The notes under the pieces: generated by a model
The model's input: only the letters and a program-made list of their open reading frames with translations
What the model was told of the DNA's origin: nothing
The model's database searches: none
DNA from: Octopus sinensis
Taxonomy: Eukaryota
Assembly (NCBI RefSeq): GCF_006345805.1
Contig: NC_043008.1
Coordinates: forward strand, 3,286,001 to 3,350,000
Direction of reading: 5' to 3'
DNA: 64,000 nt
Made by a program: the position numbers and the translations under genes
Part shown: positions 11,773-25,070 of the stretch, piece after piece
Layout of the letters: each line of letters starts with the position of its first letter
Position numbering within the stretch: position 1 is the first letter of the stretch

Positions 11773-14700
11773 TATATATATATACTTATTTATCACAAAT
11801 TGCGTAACTACATTTAGCAAGGTCAAATGCACTACAATTATGTCTATTTTTTACTAATTGCTTGATCGCATTCAGACAGAGTTTGAGAGAGAGTCTGAAA
11901 ACGAAATATAGAGATTTACGAAAGGAGCTGAAAGAGGAGTACACATACTAGGCTTTGTGGCAGACAATGAGTAACTCTACAACTAATGAACTCTATATAC
12001 ACAGTGAAAAAGCGTGAGAGAAAGAATCATAGGTGCAGAGACAGATTGACAAACAAACAAGCAGAGAATGTGTGCACAGAATAATATTGTCTGCAGTTTT
12101 TTTTTCTTTTAGTCTTTGAATAATGGTTTATCAAATTGCCTTTCAATAAATATTATTATTCGTTTCATCATTTTGTATAAGCATCATGGGATTTAATAAA
12201 AGTTAAATTAGGATTATTAATTTATGCATACCATATTTCTTGGTATTATCCATGGTGACAAAATATAAATCCAAACGTATCCATCGTATGACGATTAACA
12301 TTCCAGCACTTTTATAATAAGCCTACGTTTCACACAAGATTATTTTCTTCCCGGCTTCTCACGATAAATTAAAGAAATATATAGTGGAGGAAATACATGA
12401 TGGAATGAATTCCAGCCATGAATATCGAATCGTTTCTTATCCAAACATCACTCCCCTACGCCTAGATTATGCAGTGGGCCGTGCATTTTTTAAGACGTTA
12501 GCATGCAAGTTAAAAGAGCGCCAGGGATTTCTCCAAGCGAATGGACGTCCTTAACAGCACAAAAATTATAATTCAAAGACTGGGCTATTTCTTCACAGCC
12601 AAGAAAATTTTGTGTACATCACAACTTATAGCCCTCCATAATATTCAATCAGCACGTGATGGGGTGATTGCTCATTATTGTATTTCCCTTCTATGATCCT
12701 TATTTTCGGCTTCACCATATGAAATCCACTTTAAAAGTCAACAACTCTAACGTATTTATTCCCTGCAATTATTGAAGACCGCACTGTGATAAGAATGGTG
12801 GAGTTTGATGCTGAGGTATCTTTGGTTAGAAAGAATATCTTATGAAAGGAAACACTCACATCGCTAGATGTCGGTCTTTATTATGTGAAATCATATTAAA
12901 TTATCATCACATAATCTGCTGAGAATATAGCCTACAATCTTCCAACACAATACCTTTGCTTCCCCCACTATCAGCAATTTCTATTAGGTATTATGGAGAG
13001 ATGGCATACAAAAACATGGCATCCTTTTATTCCTTTCGTTCTATATTACGAGTCAAGAAATGAAACTTTATCTGATCGTTCTTCTTACACGACGTAGCAG
13101 TTGAATTTGCTGCGCGTTACTTCTTCGGATGCCTTTTAAAAGGAATTACGCATACAAAATTATTGTTCTTGATCGAATGTATGAATTGAATGAGAAAACA
13201 ATGATATATTCACTGTTGGTAGTTCTTTTGATAATAAATCTGCCGGATCTGAGGTTGACAACAACGAGTAAGACGATAATAACGGCTGCGAGAATATAAC
13301 GACTAAGGGAACGAATGATGACACACATCTCTAGTTCGTATATGTAGAAATACTGACTAAATTTATATGAGAAGAAAATATAGTCCTTTAACAAAAGTAA
13401 TACTATATATGTTAATAGAATCCTAAACGCTTTGCAAAAATAAAAGAGGCACAAAGAGGAGAACTTTACAGTTACGGCCAACATGCAAATGGCCAATGGG
13501 ATGAGGGGTTTAGGACTAGTCTGGAGATAAACAATAGAGAAGAATGTATTGGTAAAGCATTTCTAGATAGACTACTTGAGACAAAAGATACCTGAAATAC
13601 ATTTGATCGTTGTTCTGACAGACTAAGATTGGCTTCTGTTTAAATAAGCAATAACAACATCAAAAACATGAGACTTCAATGTCCCTGCATTTAATTGCTA
13701 CTTCAGTTTTTACTTCAGCTTCAATTCGAACTGAATTTCAGTCTCATTAATGTCATAACTTCACACAAATTCACCCACTCTCTCATTTACGGCAATATAA
13801 AAGAGTGCGGACATCTTCTTTTATCAGCAGACCAATTAACGCACAATAAATTGTATAAATTCCTTCTTAACTCATTTATATTAAGATTTGTTTATATAAT
13901 AGTGAATCAGTCAAGCGCATTAATAATTACTATTCCGATTACTCACAACATCATTAAGTTTCCACAACATTATGATCCACAACATTATGATTAAATAAAT
14001 AAGGAAACTTCTAATGACTGGAAATTCGTTACCATTTTAATGAGAATGGATACAAGCTATGGCAGAACACGTATTAAATATAGATGGATGTATGACTTAG
14101 ACAACGGGAAAGGAAAAGAACATAAAATTTAACAACTAATTATTTTATCCTTTTCTTTTATTGTCTCTGAGTGCATTCGTCAACTTATGTTCATTGTTAA
14201 AATATACAACAGTATATGTCACTTATAGCTTTTCTTTATAACACAATTGAAATTACTTTGATTGTATCCAGCTATAGTATAAGCGGTTTTGTAGATGCTC
14301 TGTTATTCTTGAATGTTGTTGAAGTTATTATAGTTGGGAAGAGCCATCGTAGCCATTTAAAATAATACAAAGCTTTTGAATTATCTTTCAATTTATTTCG
14401 GGAGGTGTCAAAATATGAACTGTGCAACAAGGTCGCAGCATTGCGAGGCAAAATTTGACATCTCATGAAATAAATTTAAAGTGAATTTGACAGTTTTGTG
14501 AATTGCTAAATGGCTTGAATATTTCTCCAGCGATAAAATTTCTTCATTTGTCCTTTCATGATATAAATGCGTCGGTTCTGTAATTATGCAGATCAGGTTA
14601 CAAGTTAGACAAGTGCAACAACGAAATCCCTGAAAATGCTGCATTAAATATTCTTAAATATTTTGCGATGAATATTCTCAAAGATGCCCGTTTCTCTTTC

Positions 14701-14846
14701 GTAGAAATTTTTATGAGCAGAAAATTCAAGCTTTTTTCCTACAAAAGTATGTTATCTATAAACACTGTAATGATCTTTCAATAAATATAGTAGAAGCTCC
14801 CTTCCCTCGCAAGCAGATGTGACTTAGTAATATGTAGGATGATTTC

Positions 14847-15066
14847 AGGGCAGTGGGCTGGCAGAATCGTTCGCACACAGGGCCAAATGCTTAGAGGCAT
14901 TTCGTTCGTCTTTATGTTCTGAGTTCAAATACCACCGGGGTCGACTCTGGCTTTCATTGTTTCGATGTCGATAGAATAAGTATAAGTTGAACAGTGGGGC
15001 CGATTTCATCGACTTAGCATATCCCAAAAGCCGCTGGCCTTGTGGCAAAATTGGAAACCAATATTT
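14847..15066 (+). mobile_element. tRNA-derived SINE, family A
   Basis: GCTGGCAGAATCGTT...GAGTTCAAATAC...GCTGGCCTTGTGGCAAAATTGGAAACC. Confidence 0.8.
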
Positions 15067-15729
15067 GTATGATTTTACGAATTGCTTTACGTGCCAATGT
15101 TCATGTGATTACCTCACCTTTGATCGAGTGTCATATTCAAGATGGGAAACATGGAGAGACTGAGAAAGCTGCACAAACTGTCACGTGACACTCATTGGTA
15201 GCTGAGCGGAATGGAACGATTCGAAATGAATTTTCTTGCTCAAGAATACAACTCCATGCTTATTTCGGTGAATGAACCAACGACTCAATGATAACAAGCC
15301 GAAAACTATAAACAATAACCCACGCGCGAAAGTACAGTATTCCAGTCATCCAGTTGAACAGAAAGCAATTGATGGCCCTTCTTTTTCGGTTAAGTTTTTG
15401 GAATGAAAATTATTTTAATGACACACAACTGATCTTATTAAAATCTCTCCCTATTGGCCAGCTTTCGTTTTTTTTCATTATAGAACATATAATTGAATGT
15501 CTCACATTTGTCTCCTGAACATTCAGAACCATACGAGATATTTAGCAATGTGCAACATGGACGCATGTATAAGCATATCTGTATAAGTATATGGCATAAT
15601 AATTGTCATACGAGAATGAAACGAAATAACTATTGTATCGTATAAGTATGCAAATAGGTATCGTATATGTGCATTTGAATAAAAACACACGGCATAAATA
15701 AATAAATAAATATAAAAGAAAATATGTAT

Positions 15730-15769
<40 letters not shown>

Positions 15770-18125
15770 CATACATACATACATGCATACATACATATAC
15801 ACATACGCACATACACACACACATATTTTTGAATTTTTGTAATAAAGTTCTTAAACATAATTATATAAAAACATCAAACAGAGGAAAAGGGTTTCTGCAT
15901 GTCTTTTATGCATTCATATCTCTATAAATGTAAGGCATAAGCACCATTATGCATGCATGTAACAAAATAAGGATTGTTTAAAGAATGTCTTACATACACA
16001 CTTCCTTGAGAGAATATCATAATATATAATTTCAAAGCAATACAAATACTGCAAAAAACAACAACAAAAATTTCTAGTGAGCGTTGCTTTGGAAAAATAT
16101 CTCAACTTATGCGTCGATTAATCTCCTTTTACTTCCAATATCAAATTACCATTTTATTTCAGACATTTTCTTTTATTTTAGTTTCTTCGAATGTTGCTAT
16201 ATTGACCCAGTTAGCTGGCATAGCAAAATGAAATTTACAAGAGAAACAATATACTTTTGAACTTTCTAGGAGACTCCCGGCAAAATATCAACATTCTTGT
16301 ATTTATTTATAAAATATTTTATGTCTGTTATGAATAAATTGATGTAATGTGAGAAATGCTAGGCAGGGCTTTCTTATAACGTATTTGAATTGAACACAAA
16401 ACATGGCTAAATATGTCTGGTGGGCAAGTTAGTCAGTTTACAGCTGTTGTCTGATTTATTTAATATCACACAGATTTATTTTATTATGATTTCCTTCTGA
16501 TATAGATTCAGGGACTTTGGCAACTCCCATTGAGAATATAATCAGGAGACACGTGTCTGAAAATTTCTAATCTTCTAAAGAGAGTTTTGGTATTTGTCAC
16601 GAAAACCAGGATCAGAAAACCACAATTATTTTCTACACTATCATTATTGAAGGATAAAATATTGGCATGTAGTCCACTAATAATATGACCAGAATAAATT
16701 AAAATTTCAGTAGAAATATAAATGAATAAGATACGGAGAGTGAAACATTGGAATGAACAAAAGAAGGAGATTTAGACAAGCTACCTATAATTATGTGAAT
16801 AATTGTACAATCCAATTAAAAATTTGACTTCCAAAATTGAATAGTGAAAACTTTCTTCTTATAATTTGTCGACTTTTGTGGCAGCTTTGAAGAATTATTT
16901 TACTGCAGTATCCGTGCAGATGGTAAATAACAGTCTACCGTTTCTTGATTTTGTATTGATTTTATTTAATTCTAGACTGGATTAAAGATACCTGCATACA
17001 CATATGTCCACAAGATGTCATGCTTCAATTGTTTTCTTTAAGTCAGCAAACCTTTTATGAACAGGGATCTGTATATATTTTTCTGGTTCAGCGAGTCTCG
17101 ACAAATAAAGAGAATGAAATCACTTACTCCATGCTTCTATGAGCGAAGATGTTATTATATGAAGAAAGGAAGTCTGAACTTGATATCAGTTTTGGAAAAT
17201 ACTCTATAAAATCAAATAAATGCTATCAGAAATCGAACTAGATTGCATAAATCATAACCTTAAGGATTATATTTGACATCTTTAATTCTCAAAATCTAAA
17301 AGCAGATTTTTATAGCTGACCTGTTGTGGTTCACATATTTGCTAACACCGACATAGAATAAAAGTCTAAGCGTTATTGATATATTCTTTTTAAATATATG
17401 TTGTGTACACACCCACACACGTACGCACACACACACAGATGCAGGTATATATATATGTGTGTGTGTGAATGAAAAAATATGAAACAATAGTATTAAAATA
17501 TATATAAACCTGTGCTGTTCATTTCCTACCAAATATTACCAAAGTTGCATTGATTTGCAGTATATGCCATGATTTATTGTATTTTAAAGTCTAGAAATAA
17601 CGAAAGTATACAGGAGGAAGATGTCACTGTTTCCATAAAGTAAAAATACGACAAATTTAATTTATAGTTCTTTATAAACAATATATTTCGTAAGTAAATG
17701 GCCAATGAAAAATTCTAATAATGTCTGCTTCTACTATATATGCTATTCGTTGCCATTTATCTGTTATGGATAAAAGTACTCTAAACCGGTGTTACTCAAA
17801 TATTGCTGAGCAATGAAAACTTCAATGTTTACAATCACAGAGGAACTGAAGAGCCTTCATTCTTTTGCAGACTAATGGTTCGTATAAAGTATACTTCCCA
17901 AAACTTGTAACAATCCCTTTCGTAATATGTCAACATATTTTACCGATGGCTATTTATTGAAGGACTTAGCTTTATTTGGCGTGAGCATCGACACAATTCA
18001 ATACACATCATTTTATCGAGGTATACACGGAGACACACACTTCAGCGCATTTAAGCACCTACGTACGTATATGCATAGGAATTTGAGACTGCGCACATAG
18101 ACAGAAAGACAGGCACACAAAAAAG

Positions 18126-18203
<78 letters not shown>

Positions 18204-18258
18204 GTGAGAGTTAAACTAATACACCTGTCTTCGTCTGTTGTTTTTTTTGTAAATTCCA

Positions 18259-18289
<31 letters not shown>

Positions 18290-18360
18290 CGGACTTTTTT
18301 GCGTAATGAGATAAAAAAAACAAGGCTGTGTATATATTAGAGCATTTATTGATATAAGGT

Positions 18361-18410
18361 ATCACAGCTGTATCCAGGATATTTATTAATTATATCCCTT
18401 CATCTGAGAC
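18361..18410 (-). ncRNA. Mutated Penelope-type hammerhead remnant
   Basis: Minus strand CAGATGAAG-GGATAT-loop-ATATCC-TGGATACAGCTGTG: perfect 6-bp stem II and ACAGCTGT palindrome, but both catalytic boxes carry substitutions. Confidence 0.4.
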
Positions 18411-18719
18411 GGTGTGAGAGGATGGTTAAGTAATAGTTAATTTAGATAGAGAGAGGCAGAGACACACAGACAGAGACAGAGACAGAGAGACAGAGCCACA
18501 CCATCACCTCATGAATTTACTCATGTACCTGCATGAACGTGGGTGGATAACAAGATAATAATAGCAACATAGGTAGAGAGATAGACAGAAAGTGAAAGGA
18601 ATCAAGAAAGAGAAAGTTAGAGACTTATGACAAGATGATCCCAGGATTCTAACGTATTCGAATCAAAAGCAGTGACAGTATTTTTAACTGATGCTTCCTC
18701 AATGGGTGGCGAAGATTTT

Positions 18720-18886
18720 TCAAGTCGGTGTCCCTATTTTGCGGAGGAAATCGATAGAACGGGGCACTAAAACACCCGACGTCTCGCCGACGAACGGCAC
18801 AGACAGATTGCGGCCGGCCAGAGCCTTGTGTCTATTGATTATTTCCTCCACCGCGTTACGGACGGCGACGCGATTATTCAAAGATG
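18720..18886 (-). CDS. Candidate terminal coding exon of an unidentified gene (..SLNNRVAVRNAVEEIINRHKALAGRNLSVPFVGETSGVLVPRSIDFLRKIGTPT*)
   Basis: Long polypyrimidine tract (18900-18965, minus strand) and CAG acceptor at 18887-18889. Only one frame stays open across the segment (54 codons to TGA). Unusually GC/CpG-rich for this window. No protein family recognised. Confidence 0.3.
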
Positions 18887-19159
18887 CTGAGTGCAATTGA
18901 ACAAAGTAAATCAAATGAAAAACGAGAAAAAAGGCGAAAAAGAAAAAAAAAGGAAATCTTTTTGTTTATATTTCTGCGTCGTTATTCATTATTTTGAAGA
19001 CGGTTTCGCTTTTTCTCTTTCAAATCCTTTTTTTCTTCTAACATTTATACATCGAATTTTCATCTTAGATCTCTTAGTTTCACCGTAAACATAAAGCTCA
19101 AAGAGGTGAGCGAATATGTAAACAACCGACGACGACCTTATTCACACACATACACACGG

Positions 19160-19839
<680 letters not shown>

Positions 19840-20320
19840 AGAGAGACAGAGAGGAATGGAAAGAAACGGAGATACTTACATGTGAGACAGGAAGACTTAG
19901 AAAGAAAAAGATGTATCGGAACAGCACAATGAAAACTAAACTTCAGAGATCAGGTGAAATATGTGATGACATTGGAAGCGGACATTTAATAGATTTGAAT
20001 CATGTTTATCTGACACAGAAATATAAAATATTCTTTGATTATCAAACATCCTGAGAGTAAGTATATCAATCTTCGCTGTATTTGTATTTGTAGAGCACAA
20101 AACAGTAATATGTATGGCAATGAATGTCAAATCACGTGTTATGTAAGATATTATGCATTTATGGACCGAGTTACATTATAACTGCATTAATAAATTCAAT
20201 TGCATCTCTGCTGCATTTTATGTGTGATCGAATTGTTTGGCGACTTTGGCTGTCAGCTCTGCAACAAAGCCTCACCATAAATCTTTTCAATGAAAATCAT
20301 GGCTATAATAAAAATTGTGA

Positions 20321-20363
<43 letters not shown>

Positions 20364-20364
20364 C

Positions 20365-20407
<43 letters not shown>

Positions 20408-20551
20408 CAATAATGTGAAGAAGGGGGAGAAGGAGAAGAAGAAGAAGAAGAAGAGGAGGAGGAGGGGGAGAAATATGATAATGATCATGATGATGATGAT
20501 GACGATGATGATAGAAACAACAAAAACATCAACGACAACAACAACAACAAC

Positions 20552-20588
<37 letters not shown>

Positions 20589-20621
20589 TAATAATAATAA
20601 TAATAATGATAATAATAATGA

Positions 20622-22130
20622 TTTCTTTTATTTGCCACCAGAACGAAGGATGAGGGGACAATACAAAGACAGACATAAAGTGTTGGGGTTTACATATAAT
20701 GGAATGATAAAATAAAAAATGTGTACATTGTGTACGTTAGAAGAATGGAAGTCTACATAGTATGTGCAGCTGGAAAAAGAGGAGAAAAAAGAATCGTAAT
20801 GGGGGTGGAGCTGATTCAATAGGACCTCTAGGGATAATCAAGGAACCCCACCGTCCAAGATCACTCTAAGTACCAAGGACGGGAGCCCACTCCAACCTCT
20901 TTCCTCCGACTCACAGGTCTACACTGAGAGTGGTACCATCCACTCTTGCCCTTTTTGCAACTTTCACCCACCTTTTCCTAAATTCACTCGACGACAGCAC
21001 CTCCCTCTATACCTTCACTTACTTTTTCAAGTGAAACTTGAAAGAGTCGATGAGGGCTTTACCAAATTTCTGTCCTCGTTCTTTTTAACTTCTCTACAGC
21101 CACCAGAGAAAGGAAAAGTGCCCTGCCATCCTGATTATAGGAGGGTAGCGGGGCAATCATGATTATCGACACGGACGACAGACGGATCTGTCCTACACGT
21201 GACAGCAGCTTTTCGCCGTAACTTCACAAGTCAGCAATGCACGGACACTGAACGAGTGCATGCAAAACAGTTTCGTCGCTCTGCGAGGGCCTCGGTCAAG
21301 ACCGTCTGACAGCACATCCGTACCTGGAGAGTTTATCTGGAAACGGTAGTGCCCCCCCATCCTCAGTAGTACTGCCAAGCCAAAGACATCTGGAAATTAT
21401 ACATAACAGTCCCGACCAGAAAGTCCTCCGGAATAGACTTGCCATTTCATCTTTATCAACACCTAGGATCTCTTCAAGGACGACGTCGCACTTCGCCGCT
21501 GCTAATCCGCTGTAAATATCTAAAGTGGAACATCCACCGATCCTGTGAGCCGCTGACGACATTCTAAGTACCAGGCGCCCAGTATCCGTCTATCCTGATT
21601 TCTTTAAAAGATACAAAACGTTAAAAAAGTTTCGTTCTAATCACTTCAGGTAAATTTAAGGCCGGGGTGTGAGAGTAGCTCCCTTTTCTTCAATGTTCCT
21701 AAATAGGGTGGAACTCTGCAGCTTAGTTCGCTTGTCTTTTAGCAAAAAGCAACATATCTCCCTCTAGAAAGCCGCTCCTGCGGAGGAGATGTGGATTCTG
21801 TCTCTATTGCAGTAATTTTTTTTGTCCCTGCTGTGGATTTTGTTGATACTCCTCTTGTTGTTGCTACTGTTACTGCCGCTACTGCCATGGCTGCTGCTGC
21901 TGCTGCTCTTCTTCTTGCTTCTGCTTTTGTATCCGTTACTGCTACTGTTGTTGCTGTTCCTAATGTCCTTGCTGTTGTTCTTACCGCCACTGCTGTTCAA
22001 TGCGGCAGCGTGGGTACAAGGTTTTCGATTTTGGAATTTAAACGTGGCAACCGTTTCGGCCCTATGAGCTTTGCGAGAGTGCGTCTTTGACAGGCGAATC
22101 CTGCCTCTCCTTCCAATTAGCCGACACCGT
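20622..22130 (-). mobile_element. Tx1/L1-type LINE remnant: ORF2 C-terminus, 3' UTR, (ATT)n tail, and an unrelated low-complexity 5' part
   Basis: Minus-strand translation ALPFPDKLSRYG..SDETVLHALVQCPCIADL matches the cysteine-rich zf-RVT-type C-terminus. It is homologous to 31315-31730. The 3' end GCAAATAAAAGAAATC runs into (ATT)n at 20553-20620. Confidence 0.75.
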
Positions 22131-22350
22131 GTTTATAGGAAATGATTTCCAAATAAAAATTTGAAATAACTTTCAATGAAACCAATTCCAAAGAGTGAAG
22201 AAAGCCAGAGTTTCAGCAACCCAAAGGGATTCCGCTTAACTTGGCAATGAGTTATGTGTTATTGAACAATATACACTTCTAAGTATATAAACAGGGATGC
22301 AATCTTATGAGATATATATTTCAAAGGACATCTTGCCTGTACGAATATTA

Positions 22351-22382
<32 letters not shown>

Positions 22383-22836
22383 ATACTACTACTACTACTA
22401 ATAATAATAATAATAATAAAAATCATAATAATAATAATGATTTTAGTAATAGTAGTATTAGTATTAATAACAATGCTGGTGATAATGCGGGGAAATTATG
22501 ATAATTATCATGTAGTAGTAGTAATAGTAGTAGTAGTAGTAGTAGTATCATAAAGATGATGATGATTACGACGGTGGGGAATATGTTACTGTTGATGGTG
22601 ACGATGTCGACAACGACTACGACAAAGATGATAATGATGGAGACGAAGATGATGAGTATGGTGATGATAATGATGATGATGATGCTGATGATGATGATGA
22701 TTATGAGGATGATGATGATGAGGAGGAGGATGATGATGATGTTGATGATGATGATGATGATGCTGATGATGATGATGATGATGATGATGAGGATGATGAT
22801 GATGAGGATGATGGTTATGATGATGAGGATGATTTG
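22351..22836. repeat. (TAC)/(AAT)/(AGT)/(GAT) compound microsatellite field
   Basis: Directly visible; source of the poly-Met ORF 22556..22870. Confidence 0.9.
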
Positions 22837-23931
22837 TTATGAACCATCAAAGTCACATCTTGCTATATGAAGAAAGAAAACAAACGTTTCCATTAAAACG
22901 GAAGAGAGTGGAGACGCGAGTGTCAAGAACAATTCCTCCTTTGACAATGTGTTAGTCTCCATCAAAGCAGAAATATTGAAAATTATGAGCATCAACTGCC
23001 TAACCGTACAAGGAAGAAAGCCATTTGAAATTGGAAAATTCAATTTGGTGGAAATCAAACGGATCAATGAATTTGAATATGAGAGGGAGCGTGCGAGCGC
23101 GGTGTTGTTTGGAACTATCAATTAAGGACGTCTTCATTAACACATCACAAATTTTTGAACAGGAGACATATGATGAACGTACCTTCCATATTGCTGCAAA
23201 TCCCTACAAAATTCATACGAAATACGTTGATCTTGCTTTGAAACATTAAGGCGGGGATTATAAAAAAATACGATGTTGTTTAGATCCGCTTCAGTCCCGA
23301 TTACATCGTTGTTTTGTCTAAGGTATTCAAGCCATGAACTTCACGCTTATGTATCTATATAAACATTTGTTTTCCATTTCAAATTAATAGAACGATGTTT
23401 TAGGAAACTGTAGCTTCTTTTTTTCCACAAAGAGGTCCGAAGGTCTCATAATATACTGAACGCTTACGTAGCTTAGTTATTTCTTTACTCCTCTCATGCA
23501 CCAAATACATCGCTGGAGCATTCGCATTCTAGTTCTGACCCTTATTTAATTATAATTCTTAATGCACAAGTCAATGTATACGTTTTTAATTTTTTTCTGA
23601 CTACGGAACATGAATGAGGGAAAATGCATCTGGAATTTCAAGCAAATCATACGATGTTATAATGAGAGGCCGGATAGTAACATCACAGTGGATTAAATGG
23701 CAAGAAAAACTCAATTACAAGGTATATTCAGCCAATGAATCAAATCTCAAATTGAAAAAGTGGAAGTCTCATACAGTAGAGAACAAATTCTCTCGACCTG
23801 TGGAGTATTGGTACTCCGTCAGTTGCGATGATGTGTGTCCGGGTTGATCTGATCAACAGAATGTATGTATGTATGTACGTATGTATGTATGTATGTATGT
23901 ATGTATGTATGTATGTATGTATGTATGTATG

Positions 23932-23986
<55 letters not shown>

Positions 23987-24949
23987 ATGTATTGACTTGC
24001 AAATTGTATATAGGGCAACCGCTTTGATATATTAGACACCTAATGAAGGTGTTGTGCAGATGAGTCGAAATTTCTAGCAAAACACCTAGCTATGTCTTTG
24101 TATTTATTTAAAACAAAATTTTTAATTAATTCGATTGTGTCATCAACTATATTGATTAACTGGAAATAAAACAGGCTTCAGACTTGTATTAAATACATTC
24201 AGATTTATGTCGTAGAGAAATGAAACTCTAAGCACGTAAAGATCGTGTTTGCATCGTGATGTTTCATCGATGTCATGACCGAGATTACCTCAGAAAGTAA
24301 CAAAAATGTGTCGATGTATGTTTCAATGCATCCTGATAGAGTACCACCTCTACCGCCGAAACATTTGAGTTTGGGAGCATCGAAAGTGCTGCAGCTTGGT
24401 ACAAAACTTGTTCCATATAGCAGCTAAAACAGATTCAATTATCGCTTTATTGTTTTCAAAATGGTGGGACACATTTTATCGTTGATCTCCAGCGCCTAAG
24501 CGACGAGGTGTTCATGATCAAAACGAGTTGATAATAGGTTTGCTCAGCAAATCTCGAAAGCCTTGAATTATTTCAAATTTGATCAGACGAGTTGAATATC
24601 CTTTCAACTGGGATAGATTAAGAATTCAGAAGAGAACTCGTTAACATCGTAAATGAGGAAGAAAATTTATGTCTAATAATTCTCAATTGTTTGCCAAAAT
24701 GTGTAAAGATCTGAGATTAATTATTGTTATTCAGATGACAACTTCCCAGAATGTTAACCGTATTTCTAATTTATATAGTTACAATATTTCTATTGAAGCT
24801 TTGCTTTGGTTGGTTATATTCTGATTGTCAACAGGTGTCTTGTTCTCAGATACAAATATTTGTCCCAGAATCAATTCAAATTTGGAACCTTTAATTTGAA
24901 TCTATTTCCATCAACCATTTTTGTTTATTTCTAACGACTTTCTGAAAGA

Positions 24950-25070
24950 ATATGCTGTGCTCACAGCCTGCACGGACAGGCATAGGAGGAGTTGGACTTG
25001 CTGCCAATAATGTAATTAACCATCTTTTGGATGTACACTATGGTACCTGTATGTGTAGTACCAGAATCAC
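24950..25070 (+). mobile_element. Possible RTE-type apurinic endonuclease fragment
   Basis: ..SQPARTGIGGVGLAANNVINHLLDV.. resembles the GIGGVG(L/F)L motif of RTE endonucleases. Short and unsupported by flanks. Confidence 0.3.

Noticed and set aside
22552-22842. ~95-codon Asp-rich open frame resembling acidic biomineralisation proteins
   Set aside because: It is a mutated (GAT)n tract that stays open by default. There is no in-frame start, signal peptide or credible splice acceptor, and upstream TAG repeats close the frame.
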